Part shown: positions 19,982-29,364 of the stretch, in pieces
Numbering within the stretch: position 1 is the first letter of the stretch
How the letters are laid out: each line of letters begins with the position of its first letter
Assembly: GCA_963842525.1 (NCBI GenBank)
Contig: CAWJGT010000021.1
Coordinates: forward strand, 34,716 to 98,715
From: an uncultured Holophagales bacterium
GTDB lineage: Bacteria; Acidobacteriota; Thermoanaerobaculia; Multivoradales; UBA5704
Direction of reading: 5' to 3'
Length of the DNA stretch: 64,000 nt
Program-made: the position numbers and the translations under genes
Notes under the pieces: generated by a model
What the model was told of the DNA's origin: nothing
Database searches by the model: none
The model's input: only the letters and a program-made list of their open reading frames with translations

Positions 19982-21300
19982 CAATTGGTCCTGGTGAGCT
20001 CGTCGACGAGCTGATCGCGGATTTCCAGGAGCGGGATCTGCCGCGAGTGACACCGCGTGACCTCTCCCTGCCGGAGCTGCCTGGCAAGGCGGATGCGGTG
20101 GTGGGGATGCGCCGGTCCGGCAAGACCTACTTCCTTTACCAGCAGATCGAGAAGAGGATCGCGAGCGGGATCGACCGCAGTCGGCTCCTGTACGTCAACT
20201 TTGAGGACGAGCGGCTCCTTCCCTTCGCTGCGGCGGATCTGGCGCGGATCCCCGAGGCGTTCTATCGCCGGTTCCCCAGCAATCGAGAGCAGCTCTGCTG
20301 GTTCTTCTTCGACGAAATCCAGAATGTTCCGGGGTGGGAAACTTTCGTGCGCCGGCTGCTCGACAGCGAAAAGGTCGCGCTGGTCCTGACCGGCTCCTCC
20401 GCCCGGCTCCTCAGCCGCGAGATCGCCACCAGCCTGCGCGGACGGAGCCTCTCAACCGAGATCCTCCCGTTCAGCTTCGCGGAGTCGTTGCGCCACGAAG
20501 GAATGGAGCTGCCCGAGCGCTGGCCGCCCGGAGCGAAGGCACGCTCGCTCTTGGAAAACCGATTCGAACGGTATCTGAAAACCGGTGGATTTCCCGAGGT
20601 CCAGGCCATCGATCAGGATCTGCGGGTCCGCGTGCTCCAGGAGTACGTCGACGTGGTGATCTTCCGGGACGTTGTCGAGCGTCATGGGGTGGACAACCTC
20701 CCGGCCCTGCGCTACATGGAGCGCGGCCTGCTGGCGAGCCCGGCCGGCAAGTTCAGCGTCAGCAAGCTGTTCAACGACCTCAAGTCGCAGGGGATGCGGG
20801 TAGCCAAGGACACGCTGTACGAGTACCTCGCCCACCTAGAGGACAGTTTCCTCCTCTTCACGATCACGGTCGCCTCGCCCTCGGCGCGGGTCCGCCAGGT
20901 CAATCCTCGCAAGTGCTATCCGATCGATCCCGCCCTGCCCGCGGCTGTCTCCTTTCGGGCCTCCGAGGACGTTGGCCACCTGCTGGAGACCGTCGTTTAC
21001 CTGGAGCTGCGGCGGCGTGGGCGGTCCGTGGCCTACGTGACGACCCATTCCGGCTACGAGGTCGATTTCCTGGCGGAAGGTCGCACAGGGGTCCGGGAGC
21101 TGGTCCAGGTCTGCGCCAGCCTGGAGGACCCGACGACCCGTCAGCGCGAGCTCCGCGCCCTGGAGGAGGGGATGCGAGAGACCTCCTGTGAGCGGGCCAC
21201 CCTGGTCACACTGCGGGAAGAAGATTCCGTGGAGATCGCCGGCCGCACGGTCCGGATCGTTCCCGCCTGGCGCTGGCTTTTGGAGCCCGAGGGGACCTGA
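19972..21300 (+). CDS. AAA-type ATPase with DUF4143 C-terminal domain
   Basis: Walker A is GMRRSGKT and Walker B-like is WFFFDEIQ. The layout is the typical AAA_14 plus DUF4143 arrangement. Confidence 0.75.
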   Translation: MEGPIGPGELVDELIADFQERDLPRVTPRDLSLPELPGKADAVVGMRRSGKTYFLYQQIEKRIASGIDRSRLLYVNFEDERLLPFAAADLARIPEAFYRRFPSNREQLCWFFFDEIQNVPGWETFVRRLLDSEKVALVLTGSSARLLSREIATSLRGRSLSTEILPFSFAESLRHEGMELPERWPPGAKARSLLENRFERYLKTGGFPEVQAIDQDLRVRVLQEYVDVVIFRDVVERHGVDNLPALRYMERGLLASPAGKFSVSKLFNDLKSQGMRVAKDTLYEYLAHLEDSFLLFTITVASPSARVRQVNPRKCYPIDPALPAAVSFRASEDVGHLLETVVYLELRRRGRSVAYVTTHSGYEVDFLAEGRTGVRELVQVCASLEDPTTRQRELRALEEGMRETSCERATLVTLREEDSVEIAGRTVRIVPAWRWLLEPEGT

Positions 21301-21662
21301 TTCACGGCTCCCGCTACCCGCAGATCCAGAGCCAGGATTTCGTCCTGGTCCCGCAGGTAGAGCCGGCCGCGGGCGAGCGAGGGCGAGGTCCAGGCTGTGC
21401 CCTCCATGACCTGGAATTTGCCCTTCTCGCGATAGCCTTCGGGGGTCGCCTCGGCCAGGGCCAGGGTGCCGCGGTCGGAGAGGATGACCAGCCGGCCGTC
21501 CGCGGCGGTCAGCGACCCCTTGCCGAAGCCGCGGTAGGCCCATTTCTCCTCCCCCGTGGCCGCGTCGAGGCACTTGAGCGTGGCGTTGTCGAAGCCGTAG
21601 AGGAAGCCTCCCGCGGCCACCGTGGAGCTGAAGTGGTTCTCCGGTAAGCTCCACGGCCCCAT
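21141..21662 (-). pseudogene. 5'-truncated remnant of a PQQ-like propeller gene
   Basis: GFDNATLKCLDAATGEEKWAY...GRLYLRDQDEILALDL aligns with the last two blades of 2561-4447. There is no N-terminal body, and the 3' end overlaps the ATPase gene. Confidence 0.6.
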
Positions 21663-21754
21663 GGCTGCTGCTCCTCCCGCCCGGATCGGAATTTCTGATG
21701 AGCAGGCTCTCTTGTCCTGATCAGCGAATACGCCATCTGCTGGTAGACTTCGCC

Positions 21755-22319
21755 ATGAGACAAGCTCCTGTTACGAATCTGCTTCAGAGGTGGAGCCAGG
21801 GAGACCGGGAGGCTGCGGAGGAAGTCCTGCCGCTCGTCTATGACGAGCTGCGCCGCATCGCCGCCAGGGAAGCTCCGTCGTGGGCCGCGAGGCCAGACCC
21901 TTCAGGCCACGGCCCTCGTCCATGAGGTCTACCTGCGCCTCAGCAGCCGCGAAGGCTTCCGCCTCTCCAGCCGGCCCCATTTCTTCGCTCTCGCGGCCAA
22001 GTTGATCCGGCAGATCCTCGTCGACTATGCCCGCCGCCAGAACCGGCTCAAGCGGGGAGGCCAGGCAGAAAGAGTGACGCTGACCGAGACGGCCGGCCTT
22101 GTGGAGCCGAGGGGGCCCGACCTGCTGGCGGTCGACGAGGCCCTGGAAAAGCTGGAGGAGCTCGACCCCAGAAAAGCAGCGATCGTCGAGCTTCGCTTCT
22201 TCGCCGGCCTGACCCTGGAGGAGACCGCCACGCAGCTCGGCATCTCCCCGGAGACCGTCGGCCGCGAGTGGCGCCGGGCGAGGGCCTGGCTGTGCAACGA
22301 GCTGGAGGGTGGAGCATGA
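21755..22319 (+). pseudogene. ECF-type sigma factor (Sigma70_ECF-like, kinase-associated type) with a frame break near 21870
   Basis: VTNLLQRWSQGDREAAEEVLPLVYDELRRIAARE continues in another frame as LRRGPRGQTLQATALVHEVYLRL. The C-terminal HTH is LTLEETATQLGISPETVGREWRRARAWL. Confidence 0.75.
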
Positions 22320-25063
22320 ACGATGCCGAGCGTTGGCGCGAGGTGGACCGCGTCTTCGAGGCGGCGCTCGACCGTCCTCCCGGCGAGCGGACCGCCTTTC
22401 TCGAAGCGGCCTGTGCGGGCGATCCCGTGCTTCGTCACGAGGTGGAGAGATTGCTCGCCGCGGATGCGCGGGAGGCCGCCTTCATCGATCGGCCGGCCGA
22501 CGAGGTCCTGGGATTGATGGTGGGCGATCGCGGGGAGCCGCAACGCCTCGGACCCTACCGGCTGCTGCGCGCCATCGGACGTGGCGGCATGGGCGCTGTC
22601 TATCTCGCTGTGCGGGACGACGAGCAGTATGAGCGTCTGGTCGCGGTCAAGATCCTCCGTTCCGGTCTCGAAGACACCGAGCTTCGCCATCGGTTCCTCG
22701 TCGAGCGGCAGATCCTGGCCCGCCTCGAGCACCCCGGCATCGCCCGGTTGTACGACGGCGGAACCACGGAGGACGGCCGGCCGTATCTGGTGATGGAGCT
22801 GATCGAAGGGCTGCCCGTCGACGAGTATTGCGATCGTCACCGGCTGGCGATCGACCAGCGCCTCGCGTTGTTCCTGCGGATCTGCGCCGCCGTGCAGTAC
22901 GCGCACCAGAACCTGCTCGTCCACCGCGACCTCAAGCCGGCGAACATCCTGGTGACTCCGCAGGGAGAGCCGAAGCTCCTCGACTTCGGCATTGCCAAGC
23001 AGCTCGAGCCGGCGGCTGCGGCCGATTCCCGCACGCGGACCGGGCTGCGGGTGATGACCCCCGGCTATGCCAGCCCCGAGCAGGTGAAGGGTGGAGCCAT
23101 CACCACGGCCAGCGACGTGTACTCGTTGGGGGTGCTGCTCTACGAGCTGCTCGCCGGCCGGAGCCCCTATCAGGTGGAGGAGGGAGCGCCGCCCTACGAG
23201 CTCGAGCGCGCCGTCAATGAACAGGAACCGGAGAAGCCCAGCATGGCCCTGTTGCGGCCCGGCAATCCGTCGCCCGCGGACATCGCCGCCGCCCGGGGCA
23301 GCCGGCCCGCGGCGCTCCGGCGCCGGCTGGCGGACGACCTCGACACGATCGTGCTCACGGCCCTGCGCAAGGAGCCGCCACGGCGCTATGAATCGGTCGC
23401 CCGGCTTTCCTCGGACCTGGAGCGGCACCTGAAGGACCTTCCAGTCTCCGCCCGTCCTGACACCTTGGGCTACCGGACGAGGAAGCTCGTCCGCCGGCAC
23501 CGCATCGCGGTGGCTGCCGCGGCGGTTGTCGTCCTGCTCGTTGCGGTGCTGCTGGCGGGCCTTTTTCTCCAGGGCCGGCAGACCGCCCGGCAGAGGGACA
23601 AGGCCCGCTACGCGCTGTCGTTTCTGGTCGACACCTTCAAGCAAGCCGATCCTTATCGAACGCAGGGAGAAACACTCACCGCCCGTGAGATCCTCGATCA
23701 GGGAGCCGATCGCATCTCGCGGGAGCTTGCGGGTGAGCCGGACGTGCAGGCGGCCGTGATGGACGCCATCGGCGAGGTCAACCTCGGCCTGGGACGATAC
23801 GACGCCGCGGAGCCGCTCCTGAAGCGTTCCCTCGCGATCCGCCGCCAGACCTTCGGCCCCGAATCCCTGGAAACGGCGGAGAGCCTGGAGCACCTTGCCG
23901 AGCTCCGGAATGAGCGCGCCGAATGGGCTGGTGCGGAGTCGCATCTGCGGGAGGCCCTGGCCATCCGGCGGCGGCAGGGTGGCGAGGACCTCGCCGTGGC
24001 GAAGACCCTCAATCGGCTCGGCCAGACTCTCCTCGGCAAAGGCGCCTCTGCCGAGGTTGCACCCGAGATCGAGGCGCTCCACCAGGAGGCCCTCGCCATC
24101 GCCCGCCGCGTCGAGGGACCCGACGGCCTCACCGTGGCCGAGACTTTTTTCGCGCTCGCGAATCTGCAAGGCGTGCTAGGGAACTATGCGGAGTCGGAGA
24201 ACCGCTTCCGGATGGGGCTCGCCGTCGGACAGAAAGCCCTGGGAGAGCAGGATCCGCGGTACTGGCGCGACCGGTCGAGGCTCGGGGACGGCTTGTTCAA
24301 CGCGGGCAAATTCAAGGAGGCAGAGGCCGTGTACCGCCAATGCCTGAATGTGCAAAAAAAGGTCCTCGGCCGGGAGCATCCGGACGTGGCGCGCACGCTC
24401 ATCGGCCTTGCCGCGGCACTCCACCTCCAGGGCCGGTACACCGAAGCGGAGGCTCTGGAACGCGAGGTGCTGGCCCTGGCTCGCTCGCAATACGGTCCGG
24501 CGCACTGGCTGGTGGCCGAGGCCCTGTGCAATCTGGCAGCGAGCCTCGTGGGGCAAGCCAGGAGGGACGAGGGAATCCCTTTGTTTGAAGAAGCGCTGGA
24601 AATCCGCCGTCGGACTCTGGGTGAGAAGCACTGGAGAGTGGCTCAGGTCCTCCTGCTTCTCGCCGAGACGTACCGTGTTCAAAAGGAATTTCCCAAAGCG
24701 CTCGGGCTCGCACGCCAGGCCCACGATGTCTTCGCAGCCGGGGACGGTCCGGACCATCCATTCACCGCCCACGCGCTGCTGGAGATCGGCAGGAACTACC
24801 TGGAGCAGGACCGCCCGACGGAGGCCGAGCCCTTCCTGCGACGCTGCCTGGAGATCCGGCAAAAGAAGCTCGAAGCCCGCCATCCCGACCTGGCCAGGGC
24901 GCAGTTCCGGCTTGCGGAGTGTCTGATCCAGCAGAGCCGCTCCGAGGAGGCAAGGCCCCTGCTGCGGGAGGCGCACACGACGTTCATCGCCGTCTATGGA
25001 CCGGCCAGCGAATCGGGCAAAAAGGCAGCAAAGCTGCTGGAGACGATGCCCCCCGCACCCTGA
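22316..25063 (+). CDS. Ser/Thr protein kinase with TM segment and C-terminal TPR array
   Basis: Its ATG overlaps the sigma stop (ATGA). Kinase motifs are VAVKIL, HRDLKPANIL, DFGIAK and YASPEQ. The TM helix is IAVAAAAVVVLLVAVLLAGLF, followed by about 10 TPR-like repeats. Confidence 0.9.
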   Translation: MNDAERWREVDRVFEAALDRPPGERTAFLEAACAGDPVLRHEVERLLAADAREAAFIDRPADEVLGLMVGDRGEPQRLGPYRLLRAIGRGGMGAVYLAVRDDEQYERLVAVKILRSGLEDTELRHRFLVERQILARLEHPGIARLYDGGTTEDGRPYLVMELIEGLPVDEYCDRHRLAIDQRLALFLRICAAVQYAHQNLLVHRDLKPANILVTPQGEPKLLDFGIAKQLEPAAAADSRTRTGLRVMTPGYASPEQVKGGAITTASDVYSLGVLLYELLAGRSPYQVEEGAPPYELERAVNEQEPEKPSMALLRPGNPSPADIAAARGSRPAALRRRLADDLDTIVLTALRKEPPRRYESVARLSSDLERHLKDLPVSARPDTLGYRTRKLVRRHRIAVAAAAVVVLLVAVLLAGLFLQGRQTARQRDKARYALSFLVDTFKQADPYRTQGETLTAREILDQGADRISRELAGEPDVQAAVMDAIGEVNLGLGRYDAAEPLLKRSLAIRRQTFGPESLETAESLEHLAELRNERAEWAGAESHLREALAIRRRQGGEDLAVAKTLNRLGQTLLGKGASAEVAPEIEALHQEALAIARRVEGPDGLTVAETFFALANLQGVLGNYAESENRFRMGLAVGQKALGEQDPRYWRDRSRLGDGLFNAGKFKEAEAVYRQCLNVQKKVLGREHPDVARTLIGLAAALHLQGRYTEAEALEREVLALARSQYGPAHWLVAEALCNLAASLVGQARRDEGIPLFEEALEIRRRTLGEKHWRVAQVLLLLAETYRVQKEFPKALGLARQAHDVFAAGDGPDHPFTAHALLEIGRNYLEQDRPTEAEPFLRRCLEIRQKKLEARHPDLARAQFRLAECLIQQSRSEEARPLLREAHTTFIAVYGPASESGKKAAKLLETMPPAP

Positions 25064-25188
25064 GCCCCGCTGCCAGACAGATCACCTGACGGACTCTTCC
25101 CCCATTTGACGTATTCCGGATTGAGGGCCTGCCGGCTGGCAGGCGCTGACACCTGATGGACAGGTGACGCAAAAACCTCGAGAGGAGA

Positions 25189-25440
25189 ATGGTGTTGAGC
25201 CCAAAAATCAAGCTGTTCCTGCTGGCGCTCGTCGTGCTCGCCGTCGTCGTCACCACGCCGTTGTCTGCATTGAAGCAAGATACGGGTACAGGCGGGGGCT
25301 CGGGCGGCGGAGGTTGTTCCACGTCGTGCTCCAGGGAGTGCGCCGACGGTTCATGGTCGGGAATTGGCTGTCTCGCGAACCAGTGTGCCTACTGTACGTG
25401 CAGCGGCTCTCCGGTCCGGGCCAATCCATACTGCTCCTGA
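25189..25440 (+). CDS. Small secreted Cys-rich protein (83 aa precursor, 8 Cys in the last 41 aa)
   Basis: A GAGGAGA sits 2-3 nt upstream of the ATG. It has a Sec-type signal (LALVVLAVVVTTPLSALKQD) and a Gly-rich linker (GTGGGSGGGG). The core is CSTSCSRECADGSWSGIGCLANQCAYCTCSGSPVRANPYCS. Confidence 0.6.
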   Translation: MVLSPKIKLFLLALVVLAVVVTTPLSALKQDTGTGGGSGGGGCSTSCSRECADGSWSGIGCLANQCAYCTCSGSPVRANPYCS

Positions 25441-25519
25441 TCGCATAGAGGACGACACCGCAAGTCCTGCCGCGCCTTCTCCTGGAGAGAGGCGCGGCAG
25501 GATCTTTCGTCGAAGCCGG

Positions 25520-25690
25520 CTCGGTCACGATCAGCGCCTGGGCGATGCCGAAGCGCTGGAGCATGCCGCCGGAAAAGCCGGACAGCATCTTTTTGCGGAC
25601 GCTCCACAAGTTGGTCTGATGGAGAAGGGTTTCGACGGTCGTCTTGCGGTCCGCAGCCGAGGCGATGCCCTTCAAGACTGCCTTGAGCGT
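25520..25690 (-). pseudogene. Fragment of an ABC transporter ATP-binding protein (signature-motif region only)
   Basis: LSGFSGGMLQRFGIAQALI is an ABC signature/Q-linker region. Walker A and Walker B are absent. Confidence 0.5.
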
Positions 25691-25755
25691 CCATGGTCCC
25701 GCGGTGGCTCCTGCCGGTCCCACGGGACCACTGCGTGCCACCGCAGTACCGTTTT

Positions 25756-26427
25756 TCAACCTCGGTGATTGCGCGCATAGAGCACCAGCTCCATACGGCT
25801 CATCGGCCCCACCTTTTCATAGATCCTGTTCAGATGAGTGCGGACCGTCGGCACCGAGACGCCAAGCTCGTGGGCGATCTCCTTGTTGCCCAGGCCCCTG
25901 CCCAGCAGCCGTAGGACATCCATCTCGCGTGGGGTAAATGCGTCGCCGGGAACCGGCCCCGGAGGCCCCGGAGGCCCCGGAGACGAGTGGCGCCCCGCGG
26001 TGTCTTCCTTCGCCAGGCCCAGGAAGGCCTGGGTCACCGCCGGGCTGAGATAGAAGCGCCCCTTGAGCACCTCGCGGACGGCGGTCTCGATCTCCATGGC
26101 AGCGGAGTCCTTGGTGAGGTAGCCATAGGCGCCGGCGTCGAAGGCTGCCTGCACCCATTCGGGGTCGGTGTGGACGCTGAGGATCAGGACCCGCGTCTCG
26201 GGAAGGAGGTCGCGCAGCCGGCGCGTGGCCTCGATGCCGTTGATCACCGGCATCGAGATGTCCGCGAGGACCAGATCGGGCCGCCAGACCTCCGCCAGCT
26301 CCAGGAGAGCGCGGCCATCCGTCGCCGTCCCCACCACTTCGAAATCCGGGTTGAGGATCTCCCTCAAGTCTTCCAACATCAGCGGATGGTCGTCAGCAAG
26401 AAGAATTCTGGGGCTCCGTTCGCCCAC
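25756..26427 (-). CDS. NarL/FixJ (LuxR)-family response regulator
   Basis: The REC domain has [19 protein letters not shown] and [19 protein letters not shown] linker precedes the LuxR HTH ([37 protein letters not shown]). I infer a GTG start at 26427, because the track ATG at 26481 lies inside the inverted M14 fragment. Confidence 0.8.
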   Translation of the reverse strand: MGERSPRILLADDHPLMLEDLREILNPDFEVVGTATDGRALLELAEVWRPDLVLADISMPVINGIEATRRLRDLLPETRVLILSVHTDPEWVQAAFDAGAYGYLTKDSAAMEIETAVREVLKGRFYLSPAVTQAFLGLAKEDTAGRHSSPGPPGPPGPVPGDAFTPREMDVLRLLGRGLGNKEIAHELGVSVPTVRTHLNRIYEKVGPMSRMELVLYARNHRG

Positions 26428-26448
26428 AACCTCCCCTTTCCTCCGAGT

Positions 26449-26654
26449 GGCCCGGCGTGGCCATGAGCGCACCCGGCGCACCCGGCACCGCCTCGCAATA
26501 CTGGGCCTGCTTGCCGATCACGGCGTACGGGCAGGCGGCCTGTTCGAGCAGGTAGAGGACCGCGGCGCGGTTGCGGGCGGTCTCGGCCGGGATCACCTCG
26601 TCCGGCGGATAAAAGCCCGGCGAGGAGCTCACCGGGTACATCTCGAAGGTGTAG
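26449..26654 (-). pseudogene. Inverted fragment of an M14 peptidase gene (cassette copy A)
   Basis: The minus strand reads [68 protein letters not shown]. This is the segment that precedes the FN3 domain in copies B and C. Confidence 0.8.
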
Positions 26655-27466
26655 GCAACGGACAGGTCAGCCTCACCTGGACCGCGGCGAGCGGCGCGAA
26701 CCTGTACCGCGTCCACCGCGCCACGGTGAGCGGCGGGCCCTACACGACGATCCAGAGCAACCTCACCGGCACGAGCTTCACCGACACCGGACTGACCAAC
26801 GGGACAACCTATTACTACGTGGTGACCGCGACCAATGGAGTGGGGGAGGGGGCGAATTCCAACGAAGCGTCGGCCACGCCGGTTGTTCCGCCGACCGTCG
26901 TGACCTTCACCTCGGCCGCCTCCCACGACGGCTGGGTGCTCGAATCGTCCGAGGCCTCCAACGCCGGCGGCTCGATCGATGCGACCGCCAGCACGACCAG
27001 CGCCCTGCGGGTGGGCGACGCGACCAGCGACCGCCAGTACAAGTCCGTCGTCTCGTTCAACACCTCGTCGATCCCCGACGGCGCCACGATCCTTTCGGTG
27101 ACCCTGCGCCTGCGCCGCGGCACATCCTCCGGCACCAGTCCGTTCACCACCCACGGCACCTGTTGGGCCGACGTGCAGACGGGGAGCTTCTCGGGCTCGA
27201 CGACGCTCCAGACGGGCGACTTCCAGGCCACGGCGACCGTGGTCCAGGCGGCGAGCCTCGGCAACGCCGCCTCGAACGGGAGTTGGTCGGAAGGCAGCTT
27301 GAACGCATCAGGTCTCGCGGCGATCGACAAGACGGGCACGACGCAGATGAGGGTCTATTTCAATCTCGACGACAACGACGACGGAGGCAACGACTACATC
27401 GGCTACTACTCCGGCAACAACTCGACTTCGGCGAACCGGCCGCAGCTCGTGGTGACGTACCAATAG
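26655..27466 (+). pseudogene. FN3 + DNRLRE/CBM96-like C-terminal cassette, copy A (no peptidase domain, no credible start)
   Basis: [30 protein letters not shown]...RPQLVVTYQ is about 90% identical to the C-terminal 270 aa of copies B and C. Confidence 0.75.
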
Positions 27467-27490
27467 GCCGGATCCCAGGAGGAGAAAATC

Positions 27491-28959
27491 ATGCCAAACA
27501 GAGGAGAGTGTTCGATGGAAACGAGATTTCTGTTCACCCTGGCCCTCGCGGCCCTGCTGTTCGCACCGGCCGTGCAGGCGCAGCAGACCTTCGTCACCAC
27601 CACCGTCGACGAGGCCGACGGGTCCTGCGACGACGGCGACTGCTCGCTGCGCGATGCCGTCGCCCTGGCCCCCCCGGCACCACCGTCGTCGTGCCTCCCG
27701 GAACGTACGTCCTCACCCTGGGGCAGATCACGATCGACAAGAACCTGGCCATCGAGGGGAGTGACACCCGCACCACGATCATCGACGGCAACGATGCCAG
27801 CCGGATCTTCGAGACCGCACCCGGCACCCAGGTCGTGTTCCGAGCCCTCACCCTGACCCGGGGCAATGCCGCCGGAGACGGCGGAGCGGTCCTGAGCCAG
27901 GGTGCTGCATTGGTCCAGTTCTGCACGGTCAAGGACAACACCGCGAGCGGCGAGGGCGGCGGTGTCGCGGCCGGCGGTGATTTGTCCGTCGACTTTTCGA
28001 CCTTCAGCGGCAACAGAGCTTTCATCGGAGGTGCGATCGTCCGCGTTGCTCCAAGCGATCAGACGATCTCCAACAGTACCTTCAGCGGCAACGTCGCCCA
28101 AGCCTTCGGGGGTGCTTGGACCTGTGGCAACGGTGCCTTCCCAGGGACTCTCGACCTGTTGAACAGCACCTTCACAGGCAACGAGGCCGGCAGTGTCGAT
28201 GCGTTGGACCTCGGTTGCGATGACACGGTCACCACTGTCGCCAACACCATCTTTGCCGAAAACGGCAGCGATGCTGTGCAAGACTGCGCCTTCGCTGGCG
28301 GTAGCAACATAGAGACGACGAGCCACGTCCTCGGCAGCGACGGCAGCTGCACGTTGGGCGGCCCCGGCGACCTGCCGAACACCGATGCTCTCCTCGGCCC
28401 GCTGGCGAACAACGGCTTTTTCACCGACACCCACCTCCCCGGGGCCGGCAGCCCGGCAATCGACGCCGGGGATGCCGCCGTGTGCGACGCGGCCCCCGTC
28501 GGCGGCCAGGACCAGCGCTTCGTCTTCCGGCCCCAGGGCGCAGGCTGCGACATCGGTTCCGTCGAGGTCGAGGTCATTGCTGCCCCCGACGACGACGGCG
28601 TCGCCAACGACGTCGACAACTGTCCGACGGTTGCCAATCCCGGCCAGCAGAACTTCGACAACGACGCCTTCGGCGACGCCTGCGACAACGACCTCGACAA
28701 CGACGGGAAGACGAACAACCACGACGTTTGCGACTTCACGCCCGCGGGCCAGGTGGTCGGCAAGCTCACCGGCTGCTCGATCGCCGAGCTCTGTCCGTGC
28801 GACGGTCCGCTCAGCTCACACCACGGTTGGCACAACCATGCCCAGTACGTGAGCTGCGTGACCGTGATGGCGACCGCCTTCCGGCTGGAGCACCTGATCA
28901 CGACCCAGCAGAAGGTGCAGGTCATCAACGCCGCCGCGCAATCGAGCTGCGGCCGGTAA
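27491..28959 (+). pseudogene. Secreted right-handed beta-helix (choice-of-anchor-Q-like) protein with thrombospondin type-3 repeats and a Cys-rich C-terminal domain; frame break in a poly-C tract
   Basis: An AGGAGGA precedes the signal peptide and TFVTTTVDEADGSCDDGDCSLRDAVALA. After the C7 run at 27669-27675 the frame changes to PGTTVVVPPGTYVLTLGQITIDKNLAIEG. The C-terminus carries DNCPTVANPGQQNFDNDAFGDACDNDLDNDG. Confidence 0.75.
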
Positions 28960-28988
28960 GGGAGCCAACCATTTGAGAGCAACCCGGG

Positions 28989-29020
28989 CCGGGCCCTTGC
29001 GAGGGCCCGGCTCTTTTCTT
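28989..29020 (+). terminator. Rho-independent-type terminator
   Basis: The stem is ccgggccc-ttgcga-gggcccgg, followed by ctcttttctt. Confidence 0.6.
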
Positions 29021-29028
29021 CATCCCAC

Positions 29029-29129
29029 GGCCCAACGGGCCGGGAGAGCATAGCCCAGGGATGAGGCCGAAGGCCGATTCCCTGGGTCAACAGGCCCCCG
29101 CAAATCCAGCGGCCTGAAAGGCCGCGAGA
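29029..29129 (+). repeat. REP-like unit of about 100 bp, copy 1
   Basis: ggcccaacgggccgggagagcatagcccagggatgaggccg...ggcctgaaaggccgcgaga is about 93% identical to 31139-31238. It contains the hairpins cccaggga/tccctggg and ggcc-tgaaa-ggcc. Confidence 0.8.
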
Positions 29130-29133
29130 GCTT

Positions 29134-29292
29134 TCAATCCCAGACGTAGCGCTCGTCAAATTCGATTCCATAGGCCTCGAGGAACGCACGGAGCTCCTCT
29201 TGAAACGACTTGACCCGGTGATGCTCGCGTTGGTTGCGGATGTAGGTCCGAACGTCTTCGACTTGCGATTGGCTCACCGAGAAGACTGCGGA
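29134..29292 (-). pseudogene. C-terminal remnant of a REP-associated tyrosine transposase (IS200-like RAYT)
   Basis: FSVSQSQVEDVRTYIRNQREHHRVKSFQEELRAFLEAYGIEFDERYVWD is the conserved RAYT C-terminus. The catalytic N-terminal two thirds are missing. It is bracketed by inverted REP-like units. Confidence 0.7.
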
Positions 29293-29364
29293 GAGATTCT
29301 CGCGGCCTTTCAGGCCGCCAGGAGGTGGGCGTTCGTCGACCCAGGGCATCGGCCTGCGGCCTCA

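Noticed and set aside
25189-26427. Lanthipeptide or other RiPP biosynthetic cluster around the Cys/Ser/Thr-rich peptide.
   Set aside because: No LanB/LanC/LanM-like, radical SAM, YcaO or peptidase-domain ABC exporter gene is present. The only ABC-related sequence is a 170-bp scrap. The N-terminus looks like a Sec signal rather than a RiPP leader.
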